NCBI GenBank assembly: GCA_964016885.1 | Contig: OZ024744.1 | Span: 120,652,001 to 120,716,000 of the forward strand | From: Eledone cirrhosa | Taxonomy: Eukaryota | Reading direction: 5' to 3' | DNA length: 64,000 bases | Shown here: positions 42,201 to 56,700 of the stretch, piece after piece | How the letters are laid out: the number at the start of each line of letters is the position of its first letter | Position numbering within the stretch: position 1 is the first letter of the stretch | Position numbers and translations under genes: made by a program | Notes under the pieces: generated by a model | Told to the model about the DNA's origin: nothing | What the model saw: only the letters and a program-made list of their open reading frames with translations | The model's database searches: none

Positions 42201-45200
42201 GAGACATTCTAACTCCATGTCCACAGTATCAGAGCTGTGATCTCTCAATTCAGAGATTCTTTCCTGAGATATTCTAACAACATGTCATAATATCAGAGCT
42301 ATGATCTCTCAATTCAGAGATTCTTTCCTGAGACATTCTAACCACATGTCTGTAGTATCAGAGCTGTGATGTCTCAATTCAGAGATTCTTTCCTGATACA
42401 TTCTAACCACATGTCATAGTATCAGAGCTGTGATCTCTCAATTCAGAGATTCTTTACTGAGACATTCTAACCACGTCATAGTATCAGAGCTGTGATATCT
42501 CAATTCAAAGATTCTTTCCTGAGACATTCTAACCACATGTCATAGTATCAGAGCTGTGATTTCTCAATTTAGATATTCTTTCCTGTGATATTCTAACCAC
42601 ATGTCATAATATTAGAGCTGTGATATCTCAATTCAGAGATTCTTTCCTGAGATATTCTAACCACATGTCATAGTATCAGAGCCGTGATCTCTCAATTCAG
42701 AGATTCTTTCTTGAGACATTCTAACTCCATGTCCACAGTATCAGAGCTGTGAACTCTCAATTCAGAGATTCTTTCCTGAGACATTCTAACCACATGTCAT
42801 AGAATCAGAGCTGTGATCTCTCAATTCAGAGATTCTTTCCAAAGAAATTCTAACCACATGTCTGTAGTATCAGAGCTGTGATCTCTCAATTCAGAGATTC
42901 TTTCCTGAGACATTCTAACCACATATCATGGTAGCAGATCTGTGATGTCTCAATTCAGAGATTCTTTCCTGGGATATTCTAACCACATGTCATAGTATCA
43001 GAGCTGTGATCTCTCAATTCAGAGATTCTTTCCTGAGACATTCTAACCACATCTCATAGTATCGGAGCTGTGATATCTCAATTCAGAGATTCTTTGCTGA
43101 GACATTCTAACCACATGTCATTGAATCAGAGCTGTGATCTCTCAATTCAGAGATTCTTTCCTGAGACATTCTAACCACATGTCATAGTATTAGAGCTGTG
43201 ATCTCTCAATTCAGAGATTCTTTCCTGAGAAATTCTAACCTCATGTCTGTAGTATCAGAGCTGTAATCTCTCAATTCAGAGAATCTTTCCTGAGACATTC
43301 TAACTCCATGTCCACAGTATCAGAGCTGTGATCTCTCAATTCAGAGATTCTTTCCTGAGACATTCTTACCACATGTCATAGTATCAGTGCTGTGATCTCT
43401 CAATATAGAGATTCTTTCCTGAGATATTCTAACCACATGTCATAGTATTAGAGCTGTGATCTCTCAATTCAGAGATTCTTTCCTGAGACATTCTAACCAC
43501 ATGTCATAGTATCAGAGCTGTGATCTCTCAATTCAGAAATTCTTTCCTGAGACATTCTAACCACATGTCATAGTATCAGAACTGTGATCTCTCAATTCAG
43601 AAATTCTTTCCTGAGACATTCTAACCACATGTCATAGTATCAGTGCTGTGAACTCTCAATTCAGAGATTCTTTCCTGATACATTCTAACCACATGTCATA
43701 GTATCAGGGCTGTGATCTCTCAATTCAGAGATTCTTTCCTGAGACATTCTAACCACGTCATAGTATCAGAGCTGTGATCTCTCAATTCAGAGATTCTTTC
43801 ATGAGACATTCTAACCACATGTCATAGTATCAGAGCTGTGATCTCTCAATTTAGATATTCTTTCCTGAGATATTCTAACCACATGTCATAGTCTTAGAGC
43901 TGTGATCTCTCAATTCAGAGATTCTTTTCTGAGACATTCTTACCACATGTCATAGTATCAGAGCTGTGATCTTTCAATTTAGAGATTCTTTCCTGGGACA
44001 TTCTAACCACATGTCATAGTATCAGAGCTGTGATATCTCAATTCAGAGATTCTATTCTGAGATATTCTAACCACATGTCATAATATCAGAGCTGTGATCT
44101 CTCAATTCAGAGATTCTTTCCTGAGACATTCTAACCACATGTCATAGTATCAGAGCTGTGAACTCTCAATTCAGAGATTCTTTCCTGATACATTCTAACC
44201 ACATGTCATAGTATCAGAGCTGTGATCTCTCAATTCAGAGATTCTTTCCTGAGACATTCTAACCACGTCATAGTATCAGAGCTGTGATATCTCAATTCAG
44301 AGATTCTTTCATGAGACATTCTAACCACATGTCATAGTATCAGAGCTGTGATCTCTCAATTTAGATATTCTTTCCTGTGATATTCTAACCACATGTCATA
44401 TTATTAGAGCTGTGATCTCTCAATTCAGAGATTCTTTCCTGAGACATTCTAACCACATGTCATAGTATCAGAGCTGTGATCTCTCAATTCAGAGATTCTT
44501 TCCTGAGACATTCTAACCACATGTGATAGTGTCAGAACTGTGATCTCTCAATTCAGAAATTCTTTCCTGAGACATTCTAACCACATGTCATAGTATCAGA
44601 GCTGTGAACTCTCAATTCAGAGATTCTTTCCTGATACATTCTAACCACATGTCATAGTATCAGAGCTGTGATCTCTCAATTCAGAGATTCTTTCCTGAGA
44701 CATTCTAACCACATGTCATAGTATCAGAGCTGTGATCTCTCAATTCAGAGATTCTTTCCTGAGACATTCTAACCACATGTCATATTATCAGAGCTGTGAT
44801 CTCTCAATTCAGAGATTCTTTCCTGAGAAATTCTAACCTCATGTCTGTAGTATCAGAGCTGTGATCTCTCAATTCAGAGATTCTTTCCTGAGACATTCTA
44901 ACCACATGTCATAGTATCAGAACTGTGATCTCTCAATTCAGAAATTCTTTCCTGAGACATTCTAACCACACGTCATAGTATCAGAGCTGTGAACTCTCAA
45001 TTCAGAGATTCTTTCCTGATACATTCTAACCACATGTCATAGTATTAGAGCTGTGATCTCTCAATTCAGAGATTCTTTCCTGAGACATTCTAACCACGTC
45101 ATAGTATCAGAGCTGTGATGTCTCAATTCAGAGATTCTTTCATGAGACATTCTAACCACATGTCATAGTATCAGAGCTGTGATCTCTCAATTCAGAGATT

Positions 45201-48200
45201 CTTTCCTGAGACATTCTAACCACATGTCTGTAGTAACAGAGCTGTGATCTCTCAATTCAGAGATTCTCTCCTGATACATTCTAACCACATGTCATAGTAT
45301 CAGAGCTGTGATCTCTCAATTCAGAGATTCTTTCCTGAGACATTCTAACCACGTCATAGTATCAGAGCTGTGATATCTCAATTCAGAGATTCTTTCCTGA
45401 GACATTCTAACCACATGTCATCGTATCAGAGCTGTGATTTCTCAATTTAGATATTCTTTCCTGAGATATTCTAACCACATGTCATAGTATTAGAGCTGTG
45501 ATCTCTCAATTCAGAGATTCTTTCCTCAGACATTCTAAGCACATGTCATAGTATCAGAGCTGTGATCTCTCAATTCAGAGATTCTTTCCTGAGACATTCT
45601 AACCACATGTCATAGTATCAGATCTGTGATCTCTCAATTCAGAGATTCTTTCCTGGGATATTTTAACTACATGTCATAGTATCAGAGCTGTGATCTCTCA
45701 ATTCAGAGATTCTTTCCTGAGACATTCTAACCACATGTCATAGTATCAGTGCTGTGATCTCTCAATATAGAGATTCTTTCCTGAGATATTCTAACCACAT
45801 GTCATAGTATCAGAGTTGTGATCTCTCAATTCAGAGATTCTTTCCTGAGATATTCTAACCACATGTCATAGTATCAGAGCTGTGATCTCTCAATTCAGAG
45901 ATTCTTTCCTGAGACATTCTAACCACATGTCATAGTATTAGAGCTGTGATCTCTCAATTCAGAGATTCTTTTCTGAGACATTCTTACCACATGTCATAGT
46001 ATCAGAGCTGTGATCTTTCAATTTAGAGATTCTTTCCTGAGACATTCTAACCACATGTCATAGTATCAGAGCTGTGATATCTCAATTCAGAGATTCTTTT
46101 CTGAGATATTCTAACCACATGTCATAATATCAGAGCTGTGATCTCTCAATTCAGAGATTCTTTCCTGAGACATTCTAACCACATGTCATAGTATCAGAGC
46201 TGTGAACTCTCAATTCAGAGATTCTTTCCTGATACATTCTAACCACATGTCATAGTATCAGAGCTGTGATCTCTCAATTCAGAGATTCTTTCCTGAGACA
46301 TTCTAACCACGTCATAGTATCAGAGCTGTGATATCTCAATTCAGAGATTCTTTCATGAGACATTCTAACCACATGTCATAGTATCAGAGCTGTGATCTCT
46401 CAATTTAGATATTCTTTCCTGTGATATTCTAACCACATGTCATATTATTAGAGCTGTGATCTCTCAATTCAGAGATTCTTTCCTGAGACATTCTAACCAC
46501 ATGTCATAGTATCAGAGCTGTGATCTCTCAATTCAGAGATTCTTTCCTGAGACATTCTAACCACATGTCATAGTATGAGAACTGTGATCTCTCAATTCGG
46601 AAATTCTTTCCTGAGACATTCTAACCACATGTCATAGTATCAGAGCTGTGAACTCTCAATTCAGAGATTCTTTCCTGATACATTCTAACCACATGTCATA
46701 GTATCAGAGCTGTGATCTCTCAATTCAGAGATTCTTTCCTGAGACATTCTAACCACATGTCATAGTATCAGAGCTGTGATCTCTCAATTCAGAGATTCTT
46801 TCCTGAGACATTCTAACCACATGTCATAGTATCAGAGCTGTGATCTCTCAATTCAGAGATTCTTTCCTGAGAAATTCTAACCTCATGTCTGTATTATCAG
46901 AGCTGTGATCTCTCAATTCAGAGATTCTTTCCTGAGACATTCTAACCACATGTCATAGTATCAGATCTGTGCTCTCTCAATGCAGAAATTCTTTCCTGAG
47001 ACATTCTAACCACATGTCATAGTATCAGAGCTGTGAACTCTCAATTCAGAGATTCTTTCCTGATACATTCTAACCACATGTCATAGTATTAGAGCTGTGA
47101 TCTCTCAATTCAGAGATTCTTTCCTGAGACATTCTAACCACGTCATAGTATCAGAGCTGTGATGTCTCAATTCAGACATTCTTTCATGAGACATTCTAAC
47201 CACATGTCATAGTATCAGAGCTGTGATCTCTCAATTCAGAGATTCTTTCCTGAGACATTCTAACCACATCTCATAGTATCAGATCTGTGATCTCTCAATT
47301 CAGAGATTCTTTCCTGGGATATTCTAACCACATGTCATAGTGTCAGAGCTGTGATCTCTCAATTCAGAGATTCTTTCCTGAGACATTCTAACCACATCTC
47401 ATAGTCTAAGGCTGTGATATCTCAATTCAGAGATTCTTTCCTGAGACATTCTTACCACATGTCATAGTATCAGAGCTGTGATCTCTCAATTTAGAGATTC
47501 TTTCCTGATACATTCTAACCACATGTCATAGTATTAGAGCTGTGATATCTCAATTCAGAGATTCTTTCCTGAGATATTCTAACCACATGTCATAGTATCA
47601 GAGCTGTGATCTCTCAATTCAGAGATTCTTTCCTGAGAAATTCTAACCTCATGTCTGTAGTATCAGAACTGTGATCTCTCAATTCAGAGAATCTTTCATG
47701 AGACATTCTAACTCCATGTCCACAGTATCAGAGCTGTGATCTCTCAATTCAGAGATTCTTTCCTGAGAAATTCTAACCACATGTCATAGTACCAGTGCTG
47801 TCATCTCTCAATATAGAGATTCTTTCCTGAGATATTCTAACTACATGTCATAGTATCAGAGCTGTGATCTCTCAATTCAGGGATTCTTTCCTGGGATATT
47901 CTAACCACATGTCATAGTATCAGAGCTGTGATATCTCAATTCAGAATTTCTTTCCTGATATATTCTAACCACATGTCATAGTATCAGAGCTGTGATCTCT
48001 CAATTCAGAGATTCTTTCCTGAGAACTTCTAACCACATGTCATATTATCAGAGCTGTGATCTCTCAATTCAGAGATTCTTTCCTGAGACATTCTAACCAC
48101 ATGTAATATTATAAGAGCTGTGATCTCTCAATTCAGAGATTCTTTCCTGAGACATTCTAACCACATGTCATAGTATCAGGGCTGTGATCTCTCAATTCAG

Positions 48201-50755
48201 AGATTCTTTCCTGAGGCATTCAAACCACGTCATATTATCAGAGCTGTGATCTCTCAATTCAGAGATTCTTTCATGAGACATTCTAACCACATGTCATAGT
48301 ATCAGAGTTGTGATCTCTCAATTTAGATATTCTTTCCTGAGATATTCTAACCACATGTCATAGTATTAGAGCTGTGATCTCTCAATTCAGAGATTTTTTC
48401 CTGAGACATTCTAACCACATGTCATAGTATCAGAGCTGTGATCTCTCAATTCAGAGATTCTTTCCTGAGACATTCTAACTATATGTCAGAGTATCAGAAC
48501 TGTGATCTCTCAATTCAGAAATTCTTTCCTGAGACTTTCTAACCACATGTCATAGTATCAGAGCTGTGAACTCTCAATTCAGAGATTCTTTCCTGATACA
48601 TTCTAACTACATGTCATAGTATCAGAGCTGTGATCTCTCAATTCAGAGATTCTTTCCTGAGACATTCTAACCACATGTCATTGTATCGGAGCTGTGATCT
48701 CTCAATTCAGAGATTCTTTCCTGAGACATTCTAAACACATGTCATAGTATCAGAGCTGTGATCTCTCAATTCAGAGATTCTTTCCTGAGAAATTCTAACC
48801 TCATGTCTGTAGTGTCAGAGCTGTGATCTCTCAATTCAGAGATTCTTTCCTGAGACATTCTAACCACATGTCATAGTATCAGAGCTGTGATCTCTCAATT
48901 TAGATATTCTTTCCTGAAATATTCTAACCACATGTCATAGTATTAGAGCTGTGATCTCTCAATTCAGAGATTCTTTCCTGAGACATTCTAACCCCTTGTC
49001 TGTAGTATCAGAGCTGTATGCTCTCAATTCAGAGATTCTTTCCTGAGACTTTCTAACCACATGTCATTGTATCGGACCTGTGATCTCTCAATTCAGAGAT
49101 TCTTTCCTGAGACATTCTAACCACATGTCATAGTATCAGAGCTGTGATCTCTCAATTCAGAGATTCTTTCCTCAGACATTCTAAGCACATGTCATAGTAT
49201 CAGAGCTGTGATCTCTCAATTCAGAGATTCTTTCCTGAGACATTCTAACTCCATGTCCACAGTATCAGAGCTGTGATCTCTCAATTCAGAGATTCTTTCC
49301 TGAGATATTCTAACAACATGTCATAATATCAGAGCTATGATCTCTCAATTCAGAGATTCTTTCCTGAGACATTCTAACCACATGTCTGTAGTATCAGAGC
49401 TGTGATGTCTCAATTCAGAGATTCTTTCCTGATACATTCTAACCACATGTCATAGTATCAGAGCTGTGATCTCTCAATTCAGAGATTCTTTACTGAGACA
49501 TTCTAACCACGTCATAGTATCAGAGCTGTGATATCTCAATTCAAAGATTCTTTCCTGAGACATTCTAACCACATGTCATAGTATCAGAGCTGTGATTTCT
49601 CAATTTAGATATTCTTTCCTGAGATATTCTAACCACATGTCATAATATTAGAGCTGTGATATCTCAATTCAGAGATTCTTTCCTGAGATATTCTAACCAC
49701 ATGTCATAGTATCAGAGCCGTGATCTCTCAATTCAGAGATTCTTTCTTGAGACATTCTAACTCCATGTCCACAGTATCAGAGCTGTGAACTCTCAATTCA
49801 GAGATTCTTTCCTGAGACATTCTAACCACATGTCATAGAATCAGAGCTGTGATCTCTCAATTCAGAGATTCTTTCCAAAGAAATTCTAACCACATGTCTG
49901 TAGTATCAGAGCTGTGATCTCTCAATTCAGAGATTCTTTCCTGAGACATTCTAACCACATGTCATGGTAGCAGATCTGTGATGTCTCAATTCAGAGATTC
50001 TTTCCTGGGATATTCTAACCACATGTCATAGTATCAGAGCTGTGATCTCTCAATTCAGAGATTCTTTCCTGAGACATTCTAACCACATCTCATAGTATCG
50101 GAGCTGTGATATCTCAATTCAGAGATTCTTTGCTGAGACATTCTAACCACATGTCATTGAATCAGAGCTGTGATCTCTCAATTCAGAGATTCTTTCCTGA
50201 GACATTCTAACCACATGTCATAGTATTAGAGCTGTGATCTCTCAATTCAGAGATTCTTTCCTGAGAAATTCTAACCTCATGTCTGTAGTATCAGAGCTGT
50301 AATCTCTCAATTCAGAGAATCTTTCCTGAGACATTCTAACTCCATGTCCACAGTATCAGAGCTGTGATCTCTCAATTCAGAGATTCTTTCCTGAGACATT
50401 CTTACCACATGTCATAGTATCAGTGCTGTGATCTCTCAATATAGAGATTCTTTCCTGAGATATTCTAACCACATGTCATAGTATTAGAGCTGTGATCTCT
50501 CAATTCAGAGATTCTTTCCTGAGACATTCTAACCACATGTCATAGTATCAGAGCTGTGATCTCTCAATTCAGAAATTCTTTCCTGAGACATTCTAACCAC
50601 ATGTCATAGTATCAGAACTGTGATCTCTCAATTCAGAAATTCTTTCCTGAGACATTCTAACCACATGTCATAGTATCAGTGCTGTGAACTCTCAATTCAG
50701 AGATTCTTTCCTGATACATTCTAACCACATGTCATAGTATCAGGGCTGTGATCTC
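39240..50755. repeat. Direct duplication of about 4.5 kb (about 39240-43720 and about 46340-50755) at an offset of 7100/7036 bp
   Basis: CGGAAATT at 39498 and 46598 and TCTAAGG at 40305 and 47405 (offset 7100). GGTAGC at 42930 and 49966 and CAGGGC at 43705 and 50741 (offset 7036, exactly one monomer less). Confidence 0.88.
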
Positions 50756-53700
50756 TCAATATAGAGATTCTTTCCTGAGATATTCTAACCACATGTCATA
50801 GTATCAGAGCTGTGATCTCTCAATTCAGGGATTCTTTCCTGGGATATTCTAACCACATGTCATAGTATCAGAGCTGTGATATCTCAATTCAGAATTTCTT
50901 TCCTGATATATTCTAACCACATGTCATAGTATCAGAGCTGTGATCTCTCAATTCAGAGATTCTTTCCTGAGAACTTCTAACCACATGTCATATTATCAGA
51001 GCTGTGATCTCTCAATTCAGAGATTCTTTCCTGAGACATTCTAACCACATGTAATAGTATCAGAGTTGTGATCTCTCAATTCAGAGATTCTTTCCTGAGA
51101 CATTCTAACCACATGTCATAGTATCAGAACTGTGATCTCTCAATTCAGAAATTCTTTCCTGAGACATTCTAACCACATGTCATAGTATCAGTGCTGTGAA
51201 CTCTCAATTCAGAGATTCTTTCCTGATACATTCTAACCACATGTCATAGTATCAGGGCTGTGATCTCTCAATTCAGAAATTCTTACCTGAGATATTCTAA
51301 CCACTTGTCATAGTATGAGGGCTGTGATCTCTCAACTCAGAGATTTTTTCCTGAGACATTCTAACCACATGTCATAGTATCAGAGCTGTGATCTCTCAAT
51401 TCAGAGATTCTTTCCTGAGACATTCTAACTATATGTCAGAGTATCAGATCTGTGATCTCTCAATTCAGAAATTCTTTCCTGAGACTTTCTAACCACATGT
51501 CATAGTATCAGAGCTGTGAACTCTCAATTCAGAGATTCTTTCCTGATACATTCTAACCACATGTCATAGTATCAGAGCTGTGATCTCTCAATTCAGAGAT
51601 TCTTTCCTGAGACATTCTAACCACATGTCATTGTATCGGAGCTGTGATCTCTCAATTCAGAGATTCTTTCCTGAGACATTCTAAACACATGTCATAGTAT
51701 CAGAGCTGTGATCTCTCAATTCAGAGATTCTTTCCTGAGAAATTCTAACCTCATGTCTGTAGTATCAGAGCTGTGATCTCTCAATTCAGATATTCTTTCC
51801 TGAGACATTCTAACCACATGTCATAGTATCAGAGCTGTGATCTCTCAATTCAGAGATTCTTTCCTGAGACATTCTAACCCCTTGTCTGTAGTATCAGAGC
51901 TGTATGCTCTCAATTCAGAGATTCTTTCCTGAGACTTTCTAACCACATGTCATTGTATCGGAGCTGTGATCTCTCAATTCAGAGATTCTTTCCTGAGACA
52001 TTCTAACCACATGTCATAGTATCAGAGCTCTGATCTCTCAATTCAGAGATTCTTTCTTGAAACATTCTAACCCCATGTCCACAGTATCAGAGCTGTGAAC
52101 TCTCAATTCAGAGATTCTTTCCTGAGACATTCTAACCACATGTCATAGAATCAGAGCTGTGATCTCTCAATTCAGAGATTCTTTCCTGAGAACTTCTAAC
52201 CACATGTCTGTAGTATCAGAGCTGTGATCTCTCAATTCAGAGATTCTTTCCTGAGACATTCTAACCACATCTCATAGTATCAGAGCTGTGATATCTCAAT
52301 TCAGAGATTCTTTCCTGAGACATTCTAACCACATGTCATTGAATCAGAGCTGTGATCTCTCAATTCAGAGATTCTTTCCTGAGACATTCTAACCACATGT
52401 CATAGTATTAGAGCTGTGATCTCTCAATTCAGAGATTCTTTCCTGAGAAATTCTAACCTCATGTCTGTAGTATCAGAGCTGTAATCTCTCAATTCAGAGA
52501 ATCTTTCCTGAGACATTCTAACTCCATGTCCACAGTATCAGAGCTGTGAACTCTCAATTCAGAGATTCTTTCCTGAGACATTCTAACCACATGTCATAGT
52601 ATCAGAACTGTGATCTCTCAATTCAGAAATTCTTTCCTGAGACATTCTAACCACATGTCATAGTATCAGAGCTGTCAACTCTCAATTCAGAGATTCTTTC
52701 CTGATACATTCTAACCACATGTCATAGTATTAGAGCTGTGATCTCTCAATTCAGAGATTCTTTTCTGAGACATTCTAACCACGTCATAGTATCAGAGCTG
52801 TGATGTCTCAATTCAGAGATTCTTTCATGAGACATTCTAACCACATGTCATAGTATCAGAGCTGTGATCTCTCAATTCAGAGATTCTTTCCTGAGACATT
52901 CTAACCACATGTCATAGTATCAGATCTGTGATCTCTCAATTCAGAGATTCTTTCCTGGGGTATTCTAACCACATGTCATAGTATCAGAGCTGTGATCTCT
53001 CAATTCAGAGATACTTTCCTGAGACATTCTAACCACATCTCATAGTCTAAGGCTGTGATATCTCAATTCAGAGATTCTTTCCTGAGACATTCTTACCACA
53101 TGTCATAGTATTAGAGCTGTGATATCTCAATTCAGAGATACTTTCCTGAGATATTCTAACCACATGTCATAGTATCAGAGCTGTGATCTCTCAATTCAGA
53201 GATTCTTTCCTGAGAAATTCTAACCTCATGTCTGTAGTATCAGAACTGTGATCTCTCAATTCAGAGATTCTTTCATTAGACATTCTAACTCCATGTCCAC
53301 AGTATCAGAGCTGTGATCTCTCAATTCAGAGATTCTTTCCTGAGACATTCTAACCACATGTCATAGTATCAGTGCTGTCATCTCTCAATATAGAGATTCT
53401 TTCCTGAGATATTCTAACCACATGTCATAGTATCAGAGCTGTGATCTCTCAATTCAGGGATTCTTTCCTGGGATATTCTAACCACATGTCATAGTATCAG
53501 AGCTGTGATATCTCAATTCAGAATTTCTTTCCTGATATATTCTAACCACATGTCATAGTATCAGAGCTGTGATCTCTCAATTCAGAGATTCTTTCCTGAG
53601 AACTTCTAACCACATGTCATATTATCAGAGCTGTGATCTCTCAATTCAGAGATTCTTTCCTGAGACATTCTAACCACATGTAATAGTATCAGAGCTGTGA

Positions 53701-56700
53701 TCTCTCAATTCAGAGATTCTTTCCTGAGACATTCTAACCACATGTCATAGTATCAGAACTGTGATCTCTCAATTCAGAAATTCTTTCCTGAGACATTCTA
53801 ACCACATGTCATAGTATCAGTGCTGTGAACTCTCAATTCAGAGATTCTTTCCTGATACATTCTAACCACATGTCATAGTATCAGGGCTGTGATCTCTCAA
53901 TTCAGAAATTCTTACCTGAGATATTCTAACCACATGTCATAGTATTAGGGCTGTGATCTCTCAACTCAGAGATTTTTTCCTGAGACATTCTAACCACATG
54001 TCATAGTATCAGAGCTGTGATCTCTCAATTCAGAGATTCTTTCCTGAGACATTCTAACTATATGTCAGAGTATCAGATCTGTGATGTCTCAATTCAGAAA
54101 TTCTTTCCTGAGACTTTCTAACCACATGTCATAGTATCAGAGCTGTGAACTCTCAATTCAGAGATTCTTTCCTGATACATTCTAACCACATGTCATAGTA
54201 TCAGAGCTGTGATCTCTCAATTCAGAGATTCTTTCCTGAGACATTCTAACCACATGTCATTGTATCGGAGCTGTGATCTCTCAATTCAGAGATTCTTTCC
54301 TGAGACATTCTAAACACATGTCATAGTATCAGAGCTGTGATCTCTCAATTCAGAGATTCTTTCCTGAGAAATTCTAACCTCATGTCTGTAGTATCAGAGC
54401 TGTGATCTCTCAATTCAGATATTCTTTCCTGAGACATTCTAACCACATGTCATAGTATCAGAGCTGTGATCTCTCAATTCAGAGATTCTTTCCTGAGACA
54501 TTCTAACCCCTTGTCTGTAGTATCAGAGCTGTATGCTCTCAATTCAGAGATTCTTTCCTGAGACTTTCTAACCACATGTCATTGTATCGGAGCTGTGATC
54601 TCTCAATTCAGAGATTCTTTCCTGAGACATTCTAACCACATGTCATAGTATCAGAGCTGTGATCTCTCAATTCAGAGATTCTTTCCTCAGACATTCTAAG
54701 CACATGTCATAGTATCAGAGATGTGATCTCTCACTTCAGAGATTCTTTCCTGAGAAATTCTAACCTCATGTCTGTAGTATCAGAGCTGTGATCTCTCAAT
54801 TCAGAGATTCTTTCCTGAGACATTCTAACTCCATGTCCACAGTATCAGAGCTGTGATCTCTCAATTCACAGATTCTTTCCTGAGATATTCTAACAACATG
54901 TCATAATATCAGAGCTATGATCTCTCAATTCAGAGATTCTTTCCTGAGACATTCTAACCACATGTCTGTAGTATCAGAGCTGTGATGTCTCAATTCAGAG
55001 ATTCTTTCCTGATACATTCTAACCACATGTCATAGTATCAGAGCTGTGATCTCTCAATTCAGAGATTCTTTACTGAGACATTCTAACCACGTCATAGTAT
55101 CAGAGCTGTGATATCTCAATTCCAAGATTCTTTCCTGAGACATTCTAACCACATGTCATAGTATCAGAGCTGTGATTTCTCCATTTAGATATTCTTTCCT
55201 GAGATATTCTAACCACATGTCATAATATTAGAGCTGTGATATCTCAATTCAGAGATTCTTTCCTGAGATATTCTAACCACATGTCATAGTATCAGAGCTG
55301 TGATCTCTCAATTCAGAGATTCTTTCTTGAGACATTCTAACTCCATGTCCACAGTATCAGAGCTGTGAACTCTCAATTCAGAGATTCTTTCCTGAGACAT
55401 TCTAACCACATGTCATAGAATCAGAGCTGTGATCTCTCAATTCAGAGATTCTTTCCTGAGAACTTCTAACCACATGTCTGTAGTATCAGAGCTGTGATCT
55501 CTCAATTCAGAGATTCTTTCCTGAGACATTCTAACCACATGTCATGGTAGCAGATCTGTGATGTCTCAATTCAGAGATTCTTTCCTGGGATATTCTAACC
55601 ACATGTCATAGTATCAGAGTTGTGATCTCTCAATTCAGAGATTCTGTCCTGAGACATTCTAACCACATCTAATAGTATCAGAGCTGTGATATCTCAATTC
55701 AGAGATTCTTTGCTGAGACATTCTAACCACATGTCATTGAATCAGAGCTGTGATCTCTCAATTCAGAGATTCTTTCCTGAGACATTCTAACCACATGTCA
55801 TAGTATTAGAGCTGTGATCTCTCAATTCAGAGATTCTTTCCTGAGAAATTTTAACCTCATGTCTGTAGTATCAGAGCTGTAATCTCTCAATTCAGCGAAT
55901 CTTTCCTGAGACATTCTAACTCCATGTCCACAGTATCAGAGCTGTGAACTCTCAATTCAGAGATTCTTTCCTGAGACATTCTAATCACATGTCATAGTAT
56001 CAGAACTGTGATCTCTCAATTCAGAAATTCTTTCCTGAGACATTCTAACCACATGTCATAGTATCAGAGCTGTCAACTCTCAATTCAGAGATTCTTTCCT
56101 GATACATTCTAACCACATGTCATAATATTAGAGCTGTGATCTCTCAATTCAGAGATTCTTTTCTGAGACATTCTAACCACGTCATAATATCAGAGCTGTG
56201 ATGTCTCAATTCAGAGATTCTTTCATGAGACATTCTAACCACATGTCATAGTATCAGAGCTGTGATCTCTCAATTCAGAGATTCTTTCCTGAGACATTCT
56301 AACCACATGTCATAGTATCAGATCTGTGATCTCTCAATTCAGAGATTCTTTCCTGGGGTATTCTAACCACATGTCATAGTATCAGAGCTGTGATCTCTCA
56401 ATTCAGAGATACTTTCCTGAGACATTCTAACCACATCTCATAGTCTAAGGCTGTGATATCTCAATTCAGAGATTCTTTCCTGAGACATTCTTACCACATG
56501 TCATAGTATTAGAGCTGTGATATCTCAATTCAGAGATACTTTCCTGAGATATCCTAACCACATGTCATAGTATCAGAGCTGTGATCTCTCAATTCAGAGA
56601 TTCTTTCCTGAGAAATTCTAACCTCATGTCTGTAGTATCAGAACTGTGATCTCTCAATTCAGAGATTCTTTCATTAGACATTCTAACTCCATGTCCACAG

